A DNA stretch of 32,000 nt from Telmatocola sphagniphila (GTDB lineage Bacteria > Planctomycetota > Planctomycetia > Gemmatales > Gemmataceae), in NCBI RefSeq assembly GCF_018398935.1, contig NZ_CP074694.1, forward strand, positions 240,001-272,000. The letters are read 5' to 3'. A model generated the notes under the pieces. It was not told the DNA's origin and made no database searches. It saw only the letters and a list, made by a program, of their open reading frames with translations. The translations under genes and the position numbers were made by a program. Below are positions 23,820 through 32,000 of this stretch, piece after piece. How positions within the stretch are numbered: position 1 is the stretch's first letter; each line of letters starts with the position of its first letter.

Positions 23820-25121
23820 TCAGTTGGTCTTCAGCGAATTGAAAACGAGCCCAGTGAGTATCTTCGGGAAAAAGTAGGTTGATTTGGGAGGCATCTTTTC
23901 CAGGTGCCCCGCAATCGATTCCACGTGTTCCATGGTTGCGGGGGGTACGAGAGCCGCCAAGTCGCACTGTTGGTCCGAGATCGCCGCCTCCACTTCCCCA
24001 AGTAAATGGACATACTGGCACTTGCCCTGGCCGCCGAGCAGATGATTCAGCACCAGGACATGCAGAACGCTCACGGCCAGTTCCTGCCAATCTTCGGAAT
24101 GGTCCGAAGCCAACTTCTCCATCAGTTCAGGATTTTGAATCCGAGCCAGAATCCAGGTATCATCCGCCTTGGTGTAAAGTCCCAGGATATCCTGCGAGCC
24201 ATCCATTTCTATCTCGTCCCAGGCTTCCCGACCCGCGGCCGTCCCTTTGCCCAAGACCTTGACTTCGAAGTGCGGCTGCAATTTTTCGCTCAGTATTTTT
24301 GAGCTCAGTCCCGGCAGGCCGCTAACGAGTCGATGGGTCGGGAGGATGATCAAACCGGGGTCGCTCATGCTCACCAGATTCATGAGGATGAAATTGGCAG
24401 GATGATCTGGCCCAGTGAGCATGCCGTTGGCTTCGAGTTCGTCCCGGTATTTCAAGCCCGTTTCATACCGATGATGGCCATCGGCGATGAAAATCGGCCG
24501 ATTCGTCATCTGGCCAGTGACTGCCAGAATGATCTTTTCATCGGTAATCGGCCAGATTTTACTGGTAACTCCCAGATGATCGGTAGCGGACAGTGGGAGC
24601 TGCCGCATCAGGCTATTTTCGAAATTGGCGAAGACTTCATTCGCTTCATCGGGGTAAAGGCCGAAGACAGGCGAGATATTCATTGCAGTCGATCGATAGA
24701 GTTTGAGTCGATCCGCTTTTGGACCGGACATGGTCTCTTCGTGGGGGTAGATTTTTCCCTGACCGAAGGGTTCCAGACGAACTCGGGCGAAAAAGCCTCG
24801 ACGAGTGAATATCTTCCCTTCGACGACAAATTCCTGTTGGAGCACGTACAGGTTTCGAAGCGTATCCTGTTGTAAAACCGAAGCGTGCTGCCATTCCTTC
24901 AAGGAGGCGGCCGCCCGCGTATAGCGATTTTCGTTTTCAGTGTCTTCGGGCAGATCTTTCGTGAGTTCAAGTCGGATGGCGTTGTAAGGGCTCAGATCGT
25001 AAAGCTTCTGTTGCAGGGAAGCGTCGACCACATCGTAAGGAGGCGCCACCAGATCGGTGAGCTGACCCGCACGTCCCAAATCGTATCGAAATCCACGAAA
25101 AGCCCGAACATCCGCCATCAC
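23820..25121 (-). CDS. DUF1015 family protein
   Basis: 433 aa. The N-terminus MMADVRAFRGFRYD...LVAPPYDVV and the internal IADGHHRYET are typical of DUF1015. Confidence 0.8.
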   Translation of the reverse strand: MMADVRAFRGFRYDLGRAGQLTDLVAPPYDVVDASLQQKLYDLSPYNAIRLELTKDLPEDTENENRYTRAAASLKEWQHASVLQQDTLRNLYVLQQEFVVEGKIFTRRGFFARVRLEPFGQGKIYPHEETMSGPKADRLKLYRSTAMNISPVFGLYPDEANEVFANFENSLMRQLPLSATDHLGVTSKIWPITDEKIILAVTGQMTNRPIFIADGHHRYETGLKYRDELEANGMLTGPDHPANFILMNLVSMSDPGLIILPTHRLVSGLPGLSSKILSEKLQPHFEVKVLGKGTAAGREAWDEIEMDGSQDILGLYTKADDTWILARIQNPELMEKLASDHSEDWQELAVSVLHVLVLNHLLGGQGKCQYVHLLGEVEAAISDQQCDLAALVPPATMEHVESIAGHLEKMPPKSTYFFPKILTGLVFNSLKTN

Positions 25122-25206
25122 TAAATCCTTTTATCAACAGGAGGAAAAATCTCTCCCTGAAACTCAGTCGAATGGGGATAGTATACTTGGATAAGGGGCG
25201 TGTGAG

Positions 25207-25914
25207 ATGACGGAATCGGAAATTCGGAAGATACTGGAAGAACGATTACAAGCCTTGGAAGGTCGGATTCAAGCGGCCTGCCAACGAAGCGGGCGGTTAC
25301 GGGAATCGGTCACTCTGGTGGCCGTCACCAAAACGGTAACTAACCAAGTCGCCGGGATCTTGCCGAGTCTAGGGGTCTCGAATTTTGGGGAAAATCGCCC
25401 GCAGGAACTGAAGCGAAAATTCCAGTCGCTGCCGGGGTTGGGCATTCGCTGGCATATGATCGGTCATTTGCAACGGAACAAAGTGGCGGAGACGCTTCCA
25501 TTAGTGGAGTTGATCCATTCCGTGGATAGCCCCAGGCTCTTTCAGGAGATCTGCAAGGAAGCTCAAAAGCAGAACCGATCTACCCAATTTCTGTTCCAAG
25601 TCAATGGGTCCCGAGAAGCCGCCAAGCATGGTTATTCCTACGAGGAACTTGAGAAGCAGCTCACAGAAATGCCGGTGGGTAATCCGCTAAAATTTTGTGG
25701 ATATATGACCATGGCCGCGTACACCGAGGACCCGGAAGCCTGCCGGGCCACTTTTCGAGAACTGAAGGAGTTTGCCTATCGACATAGCCCGCAGCCGGAA
25801 TTGTCGATGGGAATGAGTAATGACTTTGAAATCGCGATCGAAGAAGGGGCCACGTTGATTCGGATCGGTTCCGTGCTATTCGAAGGATTGCCCGGTCCGG
25901 GAGAGGAAGCGTGA
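25207..25914 (+). CDS. yggS: YggS-family pyridoxal-phosphate homeostasis protein
   Basis: 235 aa. LVAVTKT (PLP Lys), FGENRPQE, WHMIGHLQRNK, MGMSNDFEIAIEEGATLIRIGSVLF. Confidence 0.9.
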   Translation: MTESEIRKILEERLQALEGRIQAACQRSGRLRESVTLVAVTKTVTNQVAGILPSLGVSNFGENRPQELKRKFQSLPGLGIRWHMIGHLQRNKVAETLPLVELIHSVDSPRLFQEICKEAQKQNRSTQFLFQVNGSREAAKHGYSYEELEKQLTEMPVGNPLKFCGYMTMAAYTEDPEACRATFRELKEFAYRHSPQPELSMGMSNDFEIAIEEGATLIRIGSVLFEGLPGPGEEA

Positions 25915-26204
25915 TTGAAATTAAAGAACACGTCGAGGGAATCGCAATTCCCGTCCGGGCTCAACCGAACGCGAAAAAAGTGGGCGTGCAGGGCGAACAG
26001 GCCGGGGCGCTGAAAGTGGCTGTGAGTGCGCCGCCGGAGGATGGCAAGGCAAACGATGCGATAGTCGAGGTATTGAAGGATTTTTTCGGAGTTAAGCGAT
26101 CTCAGGTGGAGTTGATTTCCGGTCGCACCCACCGGAACAAAATCTTTTTAATTCGGGACTGCTCCCCGGATCACGTGCAGTCCCGCTTGGCTACCTTAAG
26201 CTAG
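25911..26204 (+). CDS. yggU: DUF167 (YggU) family protein
   Basis: 97 aa. GTG start overlapping the yggS stop. VSAPPEDGKANDAIVEVL...GRTHRNK motif. Confidence 0.8.
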   Translation: MIEIKEHVEGIAIPVRAQPNAKKVGVQGEQAGALKVAVSAPPEDGKANDAIVEVLKDFFGVKRSQVELISGRTHRNKIFLIRDCSPDHVQSRLATLS

Positions 26205-26614
26205 GCTTTCTTGCTGCAACAGTGGTCGGGATATGCCGCGAAGACACTTCTAAAGCTTTCGCGATAAGCGTAAAAAACGCCCAGGAAAAGGACCAGTCCC
26301 ACCAGTACGGGCGGATCGGCTTTCTTTTCAAGGCAGAAATCGAAAAGAAGAATATTGACGAGGATCGGCCCGATGATGGTCAGACCCAATGGCACGAAGA
26401 AGCCCGTAAGCAGAAAGGCCCCTCCAATGATTTCCAGGATTTTGACGACACTGAAATAATTGCTTTGAGTCATGACCTCCATGAATTTTTTTGTGGGTTC
26501 CTGCCATTTGCTGGCCGTTTCAGACATATCCACGATGTTAACGAAATAACTCAGTCCCCCAAAGAGGAACATCACCCCGAGCAGAGTCCGAATCACGATC
26601 ACCAAATATTTCAT
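26201..26614 (-). CDS. DoxX-like small membrane protein
   Basis: 137 aa with 4 hydrophobic segments. N-terminus IRTLLGVMFLFGGLSYF. GGGGAGG lies upstream of the ATG. Its stop shares CTAG (26201-26204) with the yggU stop. Confidence 0.65.
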   Translation of the reverse strand: MKYLVIVIRTLLGVMFLFGGLSYFVNIVDMSETASKWQEPTKKFMEVMTQSNYFSVVKILEIIGGAFLLTGFFVPLGLTIIGPILVNILLFDFCLEKKADPPVLVGLVLFLGVFYAYRESFRSVFAAYPDHCCSKKA

Positions 26615-26752
26615 CGCACTGCCTCCCCAGTTTGAACGAATCTCCCTTTCAGCATTAGACTAACTCGAATCGGTATTTCAATCGCGCTTGTTCCTGTCCA
26701 ATTCCTGGATAGCTTAACTTGACACGCCGAAATCCTTTTTCTGGAGCATCCT

Positions 26753-27352
26753 ATGCGTTTCCAAAAACTCTTTGCGTTTCTAAGTTTGTGTCTGGGTATT
26801 CTGGTCAGCCATGCCGCCGCGGAGGAAATCAAAGTAGGCGATCCCGCCCCCGCTTTCGAAGCCAAGGACGAGACTGGAAAAATTTGGAAATCGAGTGATG
26901 TGGTGGGGAAGAAAACGCTCGTCATCTTTTTCTACCCGGCCGCCACCACTAACGGTTGCACCAAAGAAGCCTGTGCCTATCGGGATCTTGCCGCCAAATT
27001 CACCGCCAAAGATACGGTTGTCGTCGGGATCTCCGGAGATAAGCCCGAGGGGCAGATGCTCTTCAAGAAACTGCACAATCTGAACTATCCCTTGCTTTCG
27101 GACGAAACCGGGGTCATCGCTAAAGCCTTCGGGGTGAGTACCAAAGCGGGCGGCACCGTTACGGCGAAGGATGCCAAAGGGGAAACCGTGCTGGATAAAG
27201 AAAATAATCCGGTGAAGTTAACTAGAGGCCTCACTGAATCCCGCTGGACTTTCGTAATCGGGAAAAACGGCAAGATTCTATCGAAGAATACGGAAGTCAA
27301 AGCGGCCGAAGATGCCAAACAGGTCCTCGAGTTGATTGAGAAAACCAAGTAG
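26753..27352 (+). CDS. bcp: Exported Bcp-type peroxiredoxin (AhpC/TSA family)
   Basis: Signal peptide MRFQKLFAFLSLCLGILVSHAAA. Active site FFYPAATTNGCTKEAC (CxxxxC spacing as in Bcp). GGAGCATCCT abuts the ATG. Confidence 0.8.
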   Translation: MRFQKLFAFLSLCLGILVSHAAAEEIKVGDPAPAFEAKDETGKIWKSSDVVGKKTLVIFFYPAATTNGCTKEACAYRDLAAKFTAKDTVVVGISGDKPEGQMLFKKLHNLNYPLLSDETGVIAKAFGVSTKAGGTVTAKDAKGETVLDKENNPVKLTRGLTESRWTFVIGKNGKILSKNTEVKAAEDAKQVLELIEKTK

Positions 27353-27355
27353 CTT

Positions 27356-28030
27356 TTAAGCGGGAACCAGCAATCCTTCCTCCATCTTCAAAGTTCGGGG
27401 GAAGGTTGCGGCCAGTTCCGAACTGTGCGTTACGGCAATTAATATGGCCGATTGTTCCCGAGTCAGCCGTATCAGCAACTCTCCGACTTCGCGGGCAATT
27501 TTCTGATCCAGATTTCCAGTGGGTTCATCGGCCAGCAAAAGCGCGGGCTTCAGAATCAAGGCCCGGGCGATGGCGACACGCTGCCTTTCTCCTCCCGACA
27601 ATTCCGCCGGTTGATGCGATAGACGGTGCGACAGCCCCACTTCCTCTAAAAGTTTGCGGGCGACGGCTTCGATCTGAGCCTTGTCGAGATTGGGATGGAC
27701 TAAAGTTGGAATCAGGACGTTTTCCAGAACATTGCACTGCGGCAGCAGATGGTGTTCCTGAAACACGAAACCGATCCGTTGATTGCGAAACGCGGCGATA
27801 CCGGTTTCATCCAGTGTAAAAGGATCGACTTTGTTGAGTTTGACCGAACCGCTGGTAGGCTTGTCGAGAGTTCCCAGGATGTTCAGCAGGGTACTTTTGC
27901 CGGAACCGGAAGGGCCCATAATCGCCACGGTTTCGCCCGGTTGCAGCGTCAGTTCCACCCCTCGCAGAACTTCCAGTTGCTCGGCACGCGTCGGATAGGA
28001 CTTTCGCAGATCGCGGACTTCCAGAGACAT
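27356..28030 (-). CDS. LolD/MacB/FtsE-type ABC transporter ATP-binding protein (no permease gene adjacent)
   Basis: 224 aa. Walker [10 protein letters not shown], signature [15 protein letters not shown], Walker [12 protein letters not shown]. Confidence 0.85.
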   Translation of the reverse strand: MSLEVRDLRKSYPTRAEQLEVLRGVELTLQPGETVAIMGPSGSGKSTLLNILGTLDKPTSGSVKLNKVDPFTLDETGIAAFRNQRIGFVFQEHHLLPQCNVLENVLIPTLVHPNLDKAQIEAVARKLLEEVGLSHRLSHQPAELSGGERQRVAIARALILKPALLLADEPTGNLDQKIAREVGELLIRLTREQSAILIAVTHSSELAATFPRTLKMEEGLLVPA

Positions 28031-28078
28031 ATTTCCAATCCTTAGCTCTCTTTGAGGGCGAGAGCCTGTTTGAGTTCT

Positions 28079-28987
28079 CTACGCCCAGGGCACATCGGCC
28101 CGGGGATTTTCCGGCTGCAGTTTGCCGAATTCCTCGATCAGCTTCATGGACTTTTCCTGAATGTTCTTGGGTACGATGATTTTGAACACGAGGTATTGGT
28201 CGCCATCACCCAGACCGAGCCCGCGCAAACGCAGTTTGGAGCCTCCGGAGGTTCCTGGCTTGATCTTGACTTCCACCCGTTTTCCACCGACTGTAGGAGC
28301 CTCGATTTTTCCACCGAGAATCGCTTCCGGGATGCTGATGGGAACATCGAGGTAGATGTCTTTTCCTTCTCTTCGAAAGAAGGGATGGGGATCGATCAGG
28401 ATCTTAACGGTAATATCTTCGCCACTGGGTCCCTGACCAGGCACGCGGAGTTTTTTGCCTTCTTCAATTCCCGCGGGAACTTTGATATCCAACCGCTTGG
28501 GACCGATTTGAAGTGTGACGGATCCGCCGCTGGCCGCCGTGCTCAGAGGTATGCGAGCTTCGACTTCGATCGGTTGGGGCGGAGCGGATCGACGTCCGCG
28601 TTTCTTGCCGCCGCCGCCACCCCCGCCGAAGAACGAGGAAAGATCGGGCATACCGCCGCCGTGCATTCGGGAAAAGACTTCCTCGAACATGGCAGGATCG
28701 ACGTTTGCGCCGCCGCCGCCCGGACCGCCGGCAAAATTGAAACCGCCGGGTCCGCCCGCCCCGCCCATGGGGGTATCGGTACCGAACTGATCGTAATTTT
28801 GTCTTTTTTTCGGATCGTTCAGAGTATCGTAGGCGGACTGAATCTCTTTAAACTTGGACTCCGCAGTTTTATCGCCCAGATTACGGTCGGGGTGGTATTG
28901 CCGAGCCAGTTTCTTATAAGCTTTGGTGATTTCTTCGGACGAGGCGCTTCGGGAAACGCCAAGGACTTCATAATGATCGCGGGGCAT
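28079..28987 (-). CDS. cbpA: CbpA-like type II J-domain protein (J domain, G/F region, DnaJ C-terminal domains, no zinc finger)
   Basis: 302 aa. [13 protein letters not shown]...HPDRN, a Gly-rich region, then the C-terminal substrate-binding fold ([25 protein letters not shown]). No CxxCxGxG motifs. Confidence 0.8.
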   Translation of the reverse strand: MPRDHYEVLGVSRSASSEEITKAYKKLARQYHPDRNLGDKTAESKFKEIQSAYDTLNDPKKRQNYDQFGTDTPMGGAGGPGGFNFAGGPGGGGANVDPAMFEEVFSRMHGGGMPDLSSFFGGGGGGGKKRGRRSAPPQPIEVEARIPLSTAASGGSVTLQIGPKRLDIKVPAGIEEGKKLRVPGQGPSGEDITVKILIDPHPFFRREGKDIYLDVPISIPEAILGGKIEAPTVGGKRVEVKIKPGTSGGSKLRLRGLGLGDGDQYLVFKIIVPKNIQEKSMKLIEEFGKLQPENPRADVPWA

Positions 28988-29068
28988 GGAGTGCCGTTCC
29001 GTGATGGGGTGGTTAATACGTTTACGTTCTATTTCTATTCTAAGGCAATAGTCAGCCCGGGCGAGTGG

Positions 29069-30316
29069 TCATTTAATTTGTGTGCCGATGCACCACAGAT
29101 GTTTTTCGCCCCGGATGAAAATCTGCCCTTTGCTGAATGCCGGGGAAGCGAAACAATTCTCATTGAGTGAATTCTTGGAGAGGACTTCCAAATTTTTGTC
29201 CGCCTGTACCACAGTCATTTTTCCTTCATCGTCGAGGAAGTAGAGGCGATTTTCGGCGAACACGGGAGAGGCGCTAAAGTGTTTTCCCAAGCGTTCCTCC
29301 CAGAGAAGTTTACCCGTCTCGGCATTCCGGCAAGTCGCCAGCCCCTCATCTTTCACGTTGAAAAACAGCCCATTCACCGCCAGAGGGCTGGGGACATAAC
29401 CGGCTCCCTTGGTTTCGTGCCACTGCACATGAGTTTTTGTGACGTTCCCCGTACCATCAGGGCGAATGGCCATCACGTGGTAGGTCGGAAAGCCGGCCGT
29501 GAGAAAAAGGAGATTCTTGTGATAGACCATGCTGGCCACGAATTGCTCCGTAGGGCCATCGATCGTCCAGATTAAGGAGCCATCATCCGGGTTATAGCTG
29601 CAAACGCATTTGCTTCCGGTCATAACTAATTGAGTTTTCCCGGCCGCCTCCACGATCAACGGCGGACAGTAAGATCGGGTGTGATTGGGTCGATCAATTT
29701 TCCATTTCACTTCACCCGTCTTTTTATCGAATGAGACCAGATAGCCGTTGCCGTCGTGGTCGCCGTTGACGATCACGCTACCCTTGTAAAGTACCGGTGG
29801 GCTGCAGAAGCCGTGCTGCGATTTGAAGGGGCCGGGCGATTTGCGCCAGAGTTCTTTTCCGTCGAAATCGTAACAGACCACCAGCAGTTTATCCCGATTG
29901 AGGAAAGTCACATATACTCGCTCGCCATCTGTGGCGGGCGTGCTGCTCGAATAACTATTCAGCGTGTGAATTCTCTCCAAGGGGGCTTTTTCCACCACCG
30001 TTTTCCAATGAATCTGGCCGGATTTGCGATCCAGAGATATCAGCACCCGATCGCAGGGTTCATTTCCCGGAGCCTCGCCTTCCAGGCAACTGGTTAAGAA
30101 AACGCGGTCCCCGCATATAATCGGAGAAGAATGGCCGCGACCGGGAATGGCGACTTTCCAAACCACATTTTGAGTTGCGGTCCACTGGATCGGGAAGCCG
30201 GTGTCGATACTGGTACCATCGCCTCTCGGGCCACGCCAGCCCGGCCAATCCTCGGCTTGAAGCGCGGAACTCGAAACCAGGAAGAAAAGAGAGATTGCCA
30301 GAGAGATTTGCCGCAT
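29069..30316 (-). CDS. Secreted PQQ-like (BamB-like) beta-propeller repeat protein
   Basis: 415 aa. Signal peptide MRQISLAISLFFLVSSSALQA followed by EDWPGWRGPRGDG. Repeated ...G.L.W... blades. Confidence 0.8.
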   Translation of the reverse strand: MRQISLAISLFFLVSSSALQAEDWPGWRGPRGDGTSIDTGFPIQWTATQNVVWKVAIPGRGHSSPIICGDRVFLTSCLEGEAPGNEPCDRVLISLDRKSGQIHWKTVVEKAPLERIHTLNSYSSSTPATDGERVYVTFLNRDKLLVVCYDFDGKELWRKSPGPFKSQHGFCSPPVLYKGSVIVNGDHDGNGYLVSFDKKTGEVKWKIDRPNHTRSYCPPLIVEAAGKTQLVMTGSKCVCSYNPDDGSLIWTIDGPTEQFVASMVYHKNLLFLTAGFPTYHVMAIRPDGTGNVTKTHVQWHETKGAGYVPSPLAVNGLFFNVKDEGLATCRNAETGKLLWEERLGKHFSASPVFAENRLYFLDDEGKMTVVQADKNLEVLSKNSLNENCFASPAFSKGQIFIRGEKHLWCIGTQIK

Positions 30317-30418
30317 CCCGAAGACTCCGCTTGTGAGGTAGGACCTTTATTCAAACACATTTCTTTTGCTGGCACAAGCTTTTCAGCTCTGATATATTCT
30401 GCAAACAGGAGACCCGGT

Positions 30419-31309
30419 ATGATCAAACTTGGCATTCTCGACTTCGACACTTCTCATGCGGAAGAGTTCACCAAACGATTTAATCGTAACGCAATTGCTG
30501 AAGATCAGTGGGTCGAGGGGGCCGAAGTAGTGATCGGCTGTCCCGGCCAATCTCAGATCTCGCCCGATTTGGTTCCCAAATATACCGAAGGGATGAAGAA
30601 ACTGGGGGTTGCCCTGGTGGACAAGCCCGAAGACCTGATCGGCAAAGTCGATGGCATGCTCATTGAAGCGGTCGATGGCAGCGTTCACTGGGAACGGGTC
30701 CGACCCTTCCTGGAGGCCGGGATACCCTGCTTCGTCGATAAGCCGTTCGCCTGCTCGGTTGCGGATGCCAAAAAGATTATTGATCTCTCGGAGAAGAAAA
30801 AACTGCCACTTTTTTCTTCCTCCTCCTTGCGCTACGCACCGGAACTCGTGGAATTCCAGAAGGATAAAAAACGGCAGGTCATCGGCGCGATCAGTTACGG
30901 CCCCTGCTCCCAACATCCCCGAAATCCCGGGCTGTATCACTATGGGATACATGCGGTCGAGATTCTGTATACGCTGATGGGGCCCGGCTGCAAGCAAGTC
31001 GAAACCGTAACCACCAAAGAGGTCGATATGGTGACCGGAACCTGGGCGGATGGCCGGGTAGCCAGTGTGCGCGGCATCCGACCCGGGGGAAGTTACGGGG
31101 CGTTTGTGTTTAACGAAAAAGGGACCGCGCTCCCTGTTGCAATCAGCACGAAATACATCTATCGCGAATTGCTCAAACAAATTGTGGAGATGTTCAAAAC
31201 GGGTAAGTCACCACTCGATCCGTTGATAACGCTGGAAATCGTGGCCTTTATCGAAGCCAGCAACAAATCTTCAGTGAACCACGGAATGCCTGAAACCTTG
31301 AAGATCTAG
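30419..31309 (+). CDS. Gfo/Idh/MocA-like oxidoreductase (divergent Rossmann N-terminus)
   Basis: ATG 30419 has GGAGA 8 nt upstream. Reads MIKLGILDFDTSHAEEF...PCFVDKPFA (the family EKP-type motif is seen here as DKP). The ORF-track start at 30131 would overlap the divergent propeller gene and was rejected. Confidence 0.6.
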   Translation: MIKLGILDFDTSHAEEFTKRFNRNAIAEDQWVEGAEVVIGCPGQSQISPDLVPKYTEGMKKLGVALVDKPEDLIGKVDGMLIEAVDGSVHWERVRPFLEAGIPCFVDKPFACSVADAKKIIDLSEKKKLPLFSSSSLRYAPELVEFQKDKKRQVIGAISYGPCSQHPRNPGLYHYGIHAVEILYTLMGPGCKQVETVTTKEVDMVTGTWADGRVASVRGIRPGGSYGAFVFNEKGTALPVAISTKYIYRELLKQIVEMFKTGKSPLDPLITLEIVAFIEASNKSSVNHGMPETLKI

Positions 31310-31314
31310 TAGCA

Positions 31315-32000
31315 CTAGGGGGCTAGAACTTCCGCCACCTGCTGCTCGGTGACATCGTCGAGTGCGCGAACTTCGCCAAGTTTCACTGGCAGGATGAATC
31401 GCAATCGACCGGCTTGCGCCTTCTTATCCCTCTTCATGACTTCGATCAGATCGGGAATCTTCCAACCGCTTTCGGCTTTTACAGGCAGGCGGAATTCTGA
31501 GAGCAATTTGATTTGCCTTTCTGTAATCGAGGCGGGAATTAGATCCTTCTTCTCCGCCAGACGGCTCGCGTAAACCATTCCCGCAGCCACCGCCTCCCCA
31601 TGCAACCAGTGGCCGTAACCGCTAACCGTTTCGAAGGCGTGCGCGAAGGTATGACCGTAATTCAAAATCATTCGCAGGCCGGTTTCCTCCCGCTCGTCCT
31701 TCTCCACAACATCAGCTTTCAAACGGCAGCAGCGGGCCACGATCTGCCGGAGTATCGCTGCATCGCGTTTGAGAATTTTCGCTGTGTTCTGCTCAAGAAA
31801 TTCGAAAAATTGGGGATCCTGGATCACCCCGTACTTGACCACCTCAGCCAGGCCGCTGAGGTACTCCCGTTCTGGAAGGGTGACCAGCGAGCCAATATCG
31901 ATCCAGACGGCTTTGGGCTGATGAAATGCGCCGATAAGATTCTTGCCCTTGGGGTGATTGATTCCCACTTTGCCGCCGACCGAACTATCGACCATCGCAA
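31315..32000 (-). CDS. aroB: 3-dehydroquinate synthase, C-terminal ~228 codons (gene continues past the right window edge)
   Basis: VDSSVGGKVGINHPKGKNLIGAFHQP...EVVKYG...NYGHTFAHAFE...HGEAVAAGM are AroB signatures. The apparent Met at 31995 is internal. Confidence 0.9.
   Translation of the reverse strand, partial: AMVDSSVGGKVGINHPKGKNLIGAFHQPKAVWIDIGSLVTLPEREYLSGLAEVVKYGVIQDPQFFEFLEQNTAKILKRDAAILRQIVARCCRLKADVVEKDEREETGLRMILNYGHTFAHAFETVSGYGHWLHGEAVAAGMVYASRLAEKKDLIPASITERQIKLLSEFRLPVKAESGWKIPDLIEVMKRDKKAQAGRLRFILPVKLGEVRALDDVTEQQVAEVLAP

Noticed and set aside
26201-26204. Convergent gene pairs with shared or nearly shared stop codons and no terminator: CTAG shared by yggU and DoxX; a 3-nt gap between bcp and the ABC ATPase at 27353-27355; and CTAGT-agc-ACTAG spanning the oxidoreductase and aroB stops at 31306-31318.
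   Set aside because: This is a consequence of tight gene packing. The sequences are too short to argue for function, so they are noted only as a compactness feature.
28052-29170. 372-aa plus-strand ORF opposite the cbpA-like gene. Other antisense ORFs lie at 1508-2317, 3242-3913, 5335-6108, 7575-7945, 13377-14203, 22407-22958, 24333-24875 and 30383-31180.
   Set aside because: Each overlaps a confidently identified gene on the other strand and has no recognisable domain or ribosome-binding site. I treat them as non-coding.
30131-30418. N-terminal 96-codon extension of the oxidoreductase ORF given in the ORF track.
   Set aside because: It would overlap the divergent propeller gene (start at 30316) by 186 nt. 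The internal ATG at 30419 has a GGAGA SD, and the conserved Rossmann-type N-terminus MIKLGILDFD begins there.
1-32000. Looked for tRNA, rRNA or tmRNA genes, CRISPR repeats, IS or transposase or integrase genes, terminal inverted repeats, and toxin-antitoxin or defence-system gene pairs.
   Set aside because: None was seen. Every large ORF is accounted for by housekeeping-type genes or isolated orphans. No compositional island stands out apart from the two AT-rich promoter regions (2702-2998 and 11493-11828).

Overview
The window is gene-dense (about 93% coding by my gene calls) and looks like core chromosome of a Planctomycetota-like bacterium. That taxonomic call is inference only. It rests on a Ser/Thr kinase fused to WD40 repeats, a secreted PQQ-like beta-propeller starting WPGWRGPRGDG, an N-terminal LRLESLDERNAPS motif, multiple groEL paralogs and DUF1015.

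Gene content from left to right:
- a truncated gene
- an STK-WD40 kinase
- an S53 (sedolisin-type) peptidase
- a complete phosphate unit on the minus strand (pstS, fused pstCA, phoR, pstB, phoU, phoB)
- a 671-699 aa orphan coiled-coil protein
- an exported Dabb protein, a HAD phosphatase and a DEDDh exonuclease
- a co-directional chaperone block (groEL1, groES, groEL2, dnaJ, grpE, FmdB-type zinc ribbon, yacG-like)
- an orphan membrane protein, trmB and DUF1015
- yggS and yggU
- DoxX, an exported Bcp peroxiredoxin, a LolD/MacB-type ABC ATPase and a cbpA-like J-protein
- a PQQ-like propeller, a Gfo/Idh/MocA-like oxidoreductase and a truncated aroB

I found no tRNA or rRNA genes, CRISPR arrays, transposases, integrases or recognisable defence or toxin modules. 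I cannot point to a clear novel multi-gene system.

The most unusual signals are non-coding:
- sigma-54-type -24/-12 motifs in front of the chaperonin genes, with no CIRCE or HAIR operators seen
- structured or inverted-repeat spacers inside the chaperone block
- a 10-nt motif, GGAGCATCCT, that abuts three unrelated start codons
- a palindromic operator-like site upstream of the S53 peptidase

The main coding oddities are phoR embedded between the pst permease and ATPase genes, the PstC-PstA fusion, an S53 peptidase with no pro-domain, a large insertion in the kinase core, and the orphan coiled-coil protein. All functional calls come from reading motifs by eye. No database search was run.
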